Shown here in pieces: positions 58,094-64,000 of a stretch of DNA of 64,000 bases. The position numbers and the translations under genes were made by a program. Origin of the DNA: Dehalococcoidia bacterium. GTDB lineage: Bacteria; Chloroflexota; Dehalococcoidia; Bin125. Location: the NCBI GenBank assembly GCA_963555985.3, contig OY820591.1, positions 352,001 through 416,000 on the forward strand, in the 5' to 3' direction. The notes below the pieces were generated by a model that made no database searches, was not told where the DNA came from, and saw only the letters and a program-made list of their open reading frames with translations. Numbering within the stretch: position 1 is the stretch's first letter; the number at the start of each line of letters is the position of its first letter.

Positions 58094-58324
58094 CTAGATA
58101 TCGTCCAACGGCTCCGGCGCGAACTCCAGACCCTCCAGATCGTCCTCCATCTCCGCCACTGTCCAGCCCGTCCAGAAGATCAAGCCTGTGATCGCCAGCA
58201 TCAACACCGCCGCCGGCAACGCCACCGCCGCATAGCTCTGCCGCCGCAAACCGAGCGCAAACCAGAGCGCCTGCAACAGCGCCAAACCCATCAAGACCAA
58301 ACCGGTCAGCCGTGTCCGCTCCAT
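58094..58324 (-). CDS. small membrane protein (2 TM)
   Basis: MERTRLTGLVLMGLALL...; two hydrophobic segments and an acidic tail. Confidence 0.65.
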   Translation of the reverse strand: MERTRLTGLVLMGLALLQALWFALGLRRQSYAAVALPAAVLMLAITGLIFWTGWTVAEMEDDLEGLEFAPEPLDDI

Positions 58325-58362
58325 GCCCACGAGCATATCCGCCGCGTTGATAGACTCGCCCC

Positions 58363-59061
58363 ATGTCCGACGCCGCCACCGATCCCGCCCCCGAAGCGCT
58401 GCGCGAGACCGCCGAAGCGACTGAGCATCCGGCCCAAGAACGCAGCTTCGAGCCGCGCACGGCGGTTGCCGAACCACTCGCTCCACGCTCACTCTTCCTA
58501 CACCGCCGCGTCGTTCGGATCAGCCCCGAGCGGATTGAGATCCGGCCTCCGCGTTCCGCAGTCGTGTTTCCCACGATCGGCGTGGCGGTCACGGCTGGAC
58601 TGCTCGCCCTGCTCGGTACCTCGGTCGATTCGTTGCCCTTCTGGACCCTGCCCCTGCTCCTGCTGGTCGCCGTGCTGCTCTTGCCGCTTTCGGGAATCTC
58701 CCTCGTCTACGCCCTCATGGGGGCGCAGATCGTCGCTGACAAGGGCGGACAGAATGTCTCGCTCAAGCAGCGTTTTCTCGGTCTCGGAATCGGCACCAAC
58801 GAACTGATTCCCTTCTGGAAAATCCGCGAACTGCTGGTGGAGGATGAAGGCCGCGCTGTTGCCCGTGCGACGGGCGAGCTTCCCCGCGAAGAGATCGCCC
58901 AGTGGCAGCTGGTGCTGGTCAAGAAGAGCGGTACCCGGCACGTGCTGGGGCAAGTCAGCGTTCCGCGCGAACACGAGGAAGACGGCCTCGATCAGATCTT
59001 CGAGGTCGCTGACGCCTTCGCCGCACTCACCGGCGCAGAGATTCGAGGTCCGATCTGGTGA
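58363..59061 (+). CDS. hypothetical membrane protein (2 TM + soluble domain)
   Basis: 232-aa ORF; GTGA overlap with the next gene. Confidence 0.75.
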   Translation: MSDAATDPAPEALRETAEATEHPAQERSFEPRTAVAEPLAPRSLFLHRRVVRISPERIEIRPPRSAVVFPTIGVAVTAGLLALLGTSVDSLPFWTLPLLLLVAVLLLPLSGISLVYALMGAQIVADKGGQNVSLKQRFLGLGIGTNELIPFWKIRELLVEDEGRAVARATGELPREEIAQWQLVLVKKSGTRHVLGQVSVPREHEEDGLDQIFEVADAFAALTGAEIRGPIW

Positions 59062-59510
59062 CTGAGCACAATGAAGCAACCGCTTGGCAAGTCCAAATCG
59101 ACGCCGACGCCCGCGCCGCACTGGACAAGATGGGCACGATCGCCGTGATCGGCCTCTCCCCAAGACCGGAACGCGACTCGCACCGCGTCTCCGCCTACAT
59201 GCAACAGCACGGCTACCGCATCATCCCCGTCAACCCCGCCGCCGTCGGTACGGAAATCCTGGGAGAGACGGTCTACGCCGCGCTCGAAGACATCCCCCAC
59301 GAGTTCGACACTGTCAACGTCTTCCGCCGCTCGCATCAAACTGACGAGCCAATTGACGACGCCATCGCCGCCCGCGCGCAGGGAGTGCGCCAGGTCTGGC
59401 TCCAACTCGGCATCGTCAACCCGGACGGTCTCCGCCGCGCCCGCGCCGCCGGTCTGCGCGCGATTGAGGATCGCTGTCTGATGGTGGAGCATCGGCGGCT
59501 CGCTCAATAA
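59058..59510 (+). CDS. CoA-binding protein (YccU-like)
   Basis: IAVIGLS....RDS, GYRIIPVNP, VFRR, WLQLGI, DRC..VEH. Confidence 0.92.
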   Translation: MTEHNEATAWQVQIDADARAALDKMGTIAVIGLSPRPERDSHRVSAYMQQHGYRIIPVNPAAVGTEILGETVYAALEDIPHEFDTVNVFRRSHQTDEPIDDAIAARAQGVRQVWLQLGIVNPDGLRRARAAGLRAIEDRCLMVEHRRLAQ

Positions 59511-59607
59511 CCTGCTCCGCCTATGTCAGCCTGCGCCGCGTTGGTATCAGCGCCCTGGCTGCGCTACATTGCAGTCCCAGTAATCCCGCCTGTTCGTCGA
59601 GGGGGGG

Positions 59608-61275
59608 TTGCAAATGATCACCCCAGCGGTTTCGAGCGAGCGCGTGCATCAGCCGATCAACGCGGCCCACTCTGCCCACGGTTGCGCTCCCGCCCCGCCC
59701 CAGCATCCCCGTTCCCCGGCGCTTGACGACGCTCCGCACGAGGCCTGCGGCGTCTTCGGTATCTGGTCGAGTGCGGTCGACGTCGCCCGCGCTACTTTCT
59801 ACGGCCTCTACGCGCTCCAGCATCGCGGACAGGAGAGCGCCGGCATCTGCACCACCGACCGCGAGCAGCTCCGTGTCACGACCGGGATGGGGCTGGTTTC
59901 GCAGGTCTTCACCGAAGAGCAGGTCGAGCAACTCGACGGAGCCGCTGCTATTGGTCATAACCGTTATTCGACCACCGGCTCCAGCCGCTACCGCAACGCC
60001 CAGCCGATCAAACTGACCGATCCCTACAGCGGCGAGGAAGTCGCGATCGCGCACAACGGCAATGTCGTCAACGCGGTCCAGGTCAAGGCGGAACAGCTCG
60101 AAGCCGGCCACCGCTTCGAGACCCAGACCGACACTGAGGTGCTGGCCAAATACATGCTCGATCAACCGGGCGACTGGCTCGCCCGCACGACCGCGCTGAT
60201 GCGCCACATCCCCGTCGCCTACTCGTTGGTGCTGCTGACCAACGACCGCCTGATGGCGATCCGCGACCCCTACGGTGTGCGTCCGCTCTGCATCGGTGAG
60301 ATTGACGGCGGCTACGTGATCGCCTCCGAGACCTGCGCGCTCAGCAACATCGGCGCGACCTATCTCCGCGAGGTACGCCCGGGTGAACTGGTGACAATCG
60401 ACGACGACGGGCTGCGCAGCGCTCAGGCGCTCGAACCCGAACAGCCCGCAGGCTGTGTCTTCGAGCACATCTACTTCGCTCGCCCCGACTCCCAGCTCGA
60501 CGGGCGCGCCGCCGCCGAATCGCGCGATCGCTTGGGCGCAGAGCTCGCCCGCGAACAGCCTGCCGAAGCCGATGTCGTGATCGGCGTACCCGACTCCGCC
60601 ACCACGCACGCGCTCGCCTACGCGCGGGAATCGGGCCTCCCCTACGCCGAGGGACTGGTCAAGAATCGTTACGTCGGACGCACCTTCATCTCCCCGGATC
60701 AGCGCCTGCGCGACCTTGGCGCCCATCTCAAGTACAACACCGTCGATCAGTTCCTGGCCGGCAAGCGCGTGGTCGTGGTCGATGACACGATCGTGCGCGG
60801 CACCACCACGCCCCGGATCGTGCGCCTGTTGCGCGAAGCGGGCGCGACCGAAGTCCATATGCGCGTCGCCGCGCCCCCGATCCAGATGCCCTGCCACTAC
60901 GGCGTCGATATGGCTTCGCGCTCCGAACTGCTCGCGGCCACGCACTCCGCAGAGGAGATCCGGCGACATATCGAGGCCGACTCGATTGGCTACCTCAGCA
61001 TCGAAGGGCTGAACCGCGCCCTTCAGCTCGGTAAAACGACCTGTCTCGCCTGTTTCAGCGGCAACTATCCCGTCGCCGTCCAAGCCGACTTCGAGGAAGC
61101 CCGCGCGATTGATCACAGCGACCTCGCAGCCGCGGCTCCCCTGTATGTCAACGGCGCAGGTCGCAACGGACATACGCCGCACGAACCGTCCAACAACGGC
61201 CGCGGCGGTTGCCCCCGCTGCGATTTCAACGCGCACACCGACCGTTCATTGGCGGTGGCAGCGCCCGGACTATGA
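59608..61275 (+). CDS. purF: amidophosphoribosyltransferase (start uncertain)
   Basis: CGVFG, LQHRGQE, GHNRYSTTG, HNGN, CVFEHIYFARPDS, VDDTIVRGTT, CLACF. Confidence 0.96.
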   Translation: MQMITPAVSSERVHQPINAAHSAHGCAPAPPQHPRSPALDDAPHEACGVFGIWSSAVDVARATFYGLYALQHRGQESAGICTTDREQLRVTTGMGLVSQVFTEEQVEQLDGAAAIGHNRYSTTGSSRYRNAQPIKLTDPYSGEEVAIAHNGNVVNAVQVKAEQLEAGHRFETQTDTEVLAKYMLDQPGDWLARTTALMRHIPVAYSLVLLTNDRLMAIRDPYGVRPLCIGEIDGGYVIASETCALSNIGATYLREVRPGELVTIDDDGLRSAQALEPEQPAGCVFEHIYFARPDSQLDGRAAAESRDRLGAELAREQPAEADVVIGVPDSATTHALAYARESGLPYAEGLVKNRYVGRTFISPDQRLRDLGAHLKYNTVDQFLAGKRVVVVDDTIVRGTTTPRIVRLLREAGATEVHMRVAAPPIQMPCHYGVDMASRSELLAATHSAEEIRRHIEADSIGYLSIEGLNRALQLGKTTCLACFSGNYPVAVQADFEEARAIDHSDLAAAAPLYVNGAGRNGHTPHEPSNNGRGGCPRCDFNAHTDRSLAVAAPGL

Positions 61276-62393
61276 CTGAGCCACAGACGCCGTTCGCATC
61301 ACCCAGCGCGCCCCAATACGCCGCCGCCGGCGTCGATGTCGACGCCAACGACCGCCTGATCCCGCGCTACCGCCAACTCGCCCAGTCCGCAGTGCGACCC
61401 GAGCAACTTGGCGGCGTCGGACCGTTCAGCGGCCTCTTCGATCTCTCGCGCTGGCGCAATCCTGTCCTCGTCGCTTCGACCGACGGAGTAGGCACCAAAG
61501 TCATGCTCGCCACACTCGCGGGACGGCTTGATGGGGTTGGACGAGATCTCGTCAACCACTGCATCAACGACATCCTCACCGCCGGCGCGGAGCCGCTCTT
61601 CTTCCTCGACTACCTGGCCGCGCACGAACTCTCCGAAGACGACAAGGTGGCTGTCGTTTCCGGCGTCGCCGCCGCCTGCCGCGAGAGCGGCGTCGCCCTG
61701 CTCGGCGGCGAGACCGCCGATATGCCCGATCTCTATCCGTCAGGAGCGTTTGATCTCGCCGGCACGATCATCGGCGTAGTCGAACGCGGTACTCAGGTCA
61801 CCGGCGAAGCAATCGTGCCCGGCGACGTGCTGATTGGGCTGCCGAGCAACGGGTTACACACCAACGGCTACACGCTCGCCCGCGCCGCGCTCGGCTTGCG
61901 CCCCGCCGACGGATCGGAAGCGGAGCGCCGTTCGCGCCTGCTCGCACATGAACCTGAGCTCGGCGAAGCATTGGCCGACGCGCTGCTCCGCCCGCATTTG
62001 CCCTATTGGAGCGCTTTGCGTCCGCTCTTGGCGCAAGTCAAGGGCATCGCCCACATCACCGGCGGCGGCATCGCGGGCAATCTGGAGCGTATCCTGCCGC
62101 CCGAAACGGCAGCCGAGGTGACGCGCGGAAGCTGGCCCGAACCGACAATCTTCAGCCTGATTCAGCAGCGCGGCGTGATCTCCGACGAGGAAATGTTCCG
62201 AGTCTTCAACATGGGCATCGGCCTGATCATCGCCGTATCCGCAACCGACGCCTCCGCTACGCTCAGACAGTTGGGTGCGCATGGCGCAACCCAGATAGGA
62301 GCGATCACAGCTCGCGCCGGTGGCGCTGCCCCGCCGGTACGGATCGCGGGCCTCTCCGGATCGAGCAATGCGGCAGCCGCATCACAGGGGTGA
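61272..62393 (+). CDS. purM: phosphoribosylformylglycinamidine cyclo-ligase
   Basis: YAAAGVD, STDGVGTK, GAEPLFFLDY, GGETA, GLHTNG, HITGGG, FNMGIG. Confidence 0.96.
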   Translation: MTEPQTPFASPSAPQYAAAGVDVDANDRLIPRYRQLAQSAVRPEQLGGVGPFSGLFDLSRWRNPVLVASTDGVGTKVMLATLAGRLDGVGRDLVNHCINDILTAGAEPLFFLDYLAAHELSEDDKVAVVSGVAAACRESGVALLGGETADMPDLYPSGAFDLAGTIIGVVERGTQVTGEAIVPGDVLIGLPSNGLHTNGYTLARAALGLRPADGSEAERRSRLLAHEPELGEALADALLRPHLPYWSALRPLLAQVKGIAHITGGGIAGNLERILPPETAAEVTRGSWPEPTIFSLIQQRGVISDEEMFRVFNMGIGLIIAVSATDASATLRQLGAHGATQIGAITARAGGAAPPVRIAGLSGSSNAAAASQG

Positions 62394-62491
62394 TCTTGAC
62401 CGAGTATCAGCGCCGCCTTACATTTTCTGAGCGCCCGTATCGAGCACGGCGGCGGGCGATTGGCCAACACCCATTGGGGGAGAGGTAGCCG

Positions 62492-62623
62492 GTGGACCTG
62501 CTCGTATCCGCCCTTGTCACGATTCCTTTCCGCTCCGAGATCATGGAGCTGCCGCTCGTCGGGCTGACGATGCTCTTCTGCTTCGGTGCGCTCGTCATCC
62601 TCGGACGCTGGTGGGAGCGCTAA
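62492..62623 (+). CDS. 43-aa single-TM peptide upstream of cytochrome b (not in ORF track)
   Basis: GGGGAGAGG RBS, GTG start, MDLLVSALVTIPFRSEIMELPLVGLTMLFCFGALVILGRWWER; stop 6 nt before the cyt b ATG. Confidence 0.6.
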   Translation: MDLLVSALVTIPFRSEIMELPLVGLTMLFCFGALVILGRWWER

Positions 62624-62629
62624 CCGACC

Positions 62630-63385
62630 ATGGCCAATCTCGAACGCGCACCGCGCAAGTCCATGAACGAGCAGCTCTACGACCTGCTCTTCAAAAACTA
62701 CGTCTGGCAGTCGATCTTCCGCACCGGTTACCCGAACACGCCGCGTAATCAGATGCTCGCGGTGGCGACCAACGTCTTCCTCCATCTCCACCCCACGCGG
62801 ATCCACCGCACCCACGTCAAGATCACCCACACCTACTGCCTCGGCGGTCTCTCCTTCTTCATGTTCCTCGGCCTCACCGTCACCGGGGTGCTCTTGATGT
62901 TCTACTACGTCCCCTCGGTCGAACGCGCCTATCAGGACATCCAGGCGCTCGAAACCAACGTCCGCTTCGGACAGCTCCTGCGCAACATGCACCGCTGGAT
63001 GGCGCACGCGATGATCATCCTCGTGCTCTTGCACATGATGCGCGTCTTCTACACCGGCGCCTACAAGCCCCCGCGCGAGTTCAACTGGGTCGTCGGCGTC
63101 GTCCTCTTCATCCTCACCCTGCTGCTCAGCTTCACCGGCTACCTCCTCCCCTGGGATCAGCTCGCGTTCTGGGCCGTCACCGTCGGTACCACGATGGTCG
63201 GTTCGGCCCCGGTGCTCGGCGACGAGAGCAAGTTCCTGCTCCTGGGCGGCTTCTCGGTCGGCCCCGGCGCACTGATCCGCTTCTACACCCTGCATGTGAT
63301 CGGGCTGCCGCTCGTGATCTCGATCTTCATGGCCGTCCACTTCTGGAGAGTGCGCCGCGACGGCGGACTCGCCCGGCCGCTGTAG
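62630..63385 (+). CDS. petB: cytochrome b6-type N-terminal subunit of a Rieske/cyt b complex
   Basis: [39 protein letters not shown]. Confidence 0.9.
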   Translation: MANLERAPRKSMNEQLYDLLFKNYVWQSIFRTGYPNTPRNQMLAVATNVFLHLHPTRIHRTHVKITHTYCLGGLSFFMFLGLTVTGVLLMFYYVPSVERAYQDIQALETNVRFGQLLRNMHRWMAHAMIILVLLHMMRVFYTGAYKPPREFNWVVGVVLFILTLLLSFTGYLLPWDQLAFWAVTVGTTMVGSAPVLGDESKFLLLGGFSVGPGALIRFYTLHVIGLPLVISIFMAVHFWRVRRDGGLARPL

Positions 63386-63403
63386 CGCTGCGGAGCAGGC
63401 ATC

Positions 63404-64000
63404 ATGGTCAGTCGCGCCGCTGCCGCCATTCGCACCCGCCCGCGCCGAGAGCGCGAGGCCGAAGTCTTGGTCTGGCCCGACCTCGTCTTCATCGAGTTCA
63501 TCTCCGCCCTGATCTTCTCCGTCGCCCTGATGGTGCTCTCGGCGATGGTCAACGCGCCCTTGCTCAACCGCGCCGACCCCGACACCACGCCCAACCCTTC
63601 CAAAGCGCCCTGGTACTTCCTCAACCTCCAGGAACTGCTCCTTCACATGGAGCCCGCCTGGGCCGGTGTGATCGTGCCCACCATCGTCCTCGTCTTGCTC
63701 GCCGCCATCCCCTACTGGGATCGCGACACCGAAGGTCAGGGCGTCTGGTTCGGCACCAAGTTCGCCGGACGCCTCGCCGTCTTCGGTTTCACCGCCTCGG
63801 TCATGATCACCAGCCTGCTGATCATCTACGACGGCTCGCTCCACGTGATCTGGACCGAGAACATCATCCGCGGCCTTGGCCTCAACTCCGACTTCAGCTG
63901 GCCGGGAGGCCTCGACTGGTTCCGCAACCTGCGCGGACTTGATACCGGCATCCCTTGGGAGTCGATCGGTTTCACGATCGGCGACTTCAAGATGTTCGAG
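63404..64000 (+). CDS. cytochrome b C-terminal/subunit IV-like protein (partial)
   Basis: VWPDL, APL...ADP..TPNPSKAPWYF..LQELL, IPYWDR; open at the window edge. Confidence 0.85.
   Translation, partial: MVSRAAAAIRTRPRREREAEVLVWPDLVFIEFISALIFSVALMVLSAMVNAPLLNRADPDTTPNPSKAPWYFLNLQELLLHMEPAWAGVIVPTIVLVLLAAIPYWDRDTEGQGVWFGTKFAGRLAVFGFTASVMITSLLIIYDGSLHVIWTENIIRGLGLNSDFSWPGGLDWFRNLRGLDTGIPWESIGFTIGDFKMFE

Overview
High-GC bacterial chromosome window. The gene repertoire (Tat-lipoprotein family-5 SBP, DUF1800/DUF1501/NHL trio, BVMO, amidohydrolase, Uma2 expansion, split cytochrome b6/subunit IV) suggests Chloroflexota/Dehalococcoidia (SAR202-like); this is inference, not a database result. The left half (1-30 kb) is mostly accessory catabolism: P450, ERG4/ERG24-type sterol reductase, amidase, BVMO, carboxyltransferase and a peptide-type ABC transporter. 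It also holds two small islets: HAD + decayed tRNA + toxin-antitoxin pair, and an OLD-like ATPase-TOPRIM + MTase-HNH fusion. The right half has tRNA-Glu/tRNA-Gln/gltX, rluD, lspA, three Uma2 genes, three tandem epoxide hydrolases, two thrC-like genes, resB, an MTase-Mrr fusion, lgt, a large sulfur-assimilation cluster, folPK, purFM and the start of a cytochrome b6-type operon. Most notable observations: (i) a sulfur-carrier operon in which both ubiquitin-like proteins have blocked GG termini (one fused to its own E1), with a JAMM protease coupled to an MT-A70 methylase and an unknown gene; (ii) a ~300-bp dispersed element, three copies, with 10-bp-periodic GTTC/GTCC arrays and promoter-like ends; (iii) tandem Uma2 genes differing mainly in one ~30-codon window; (iv) an unannotated 43-aa membrane peptide before cytochrome b6. 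No CRISPR array, rRNA, transposase or integrase was seen.
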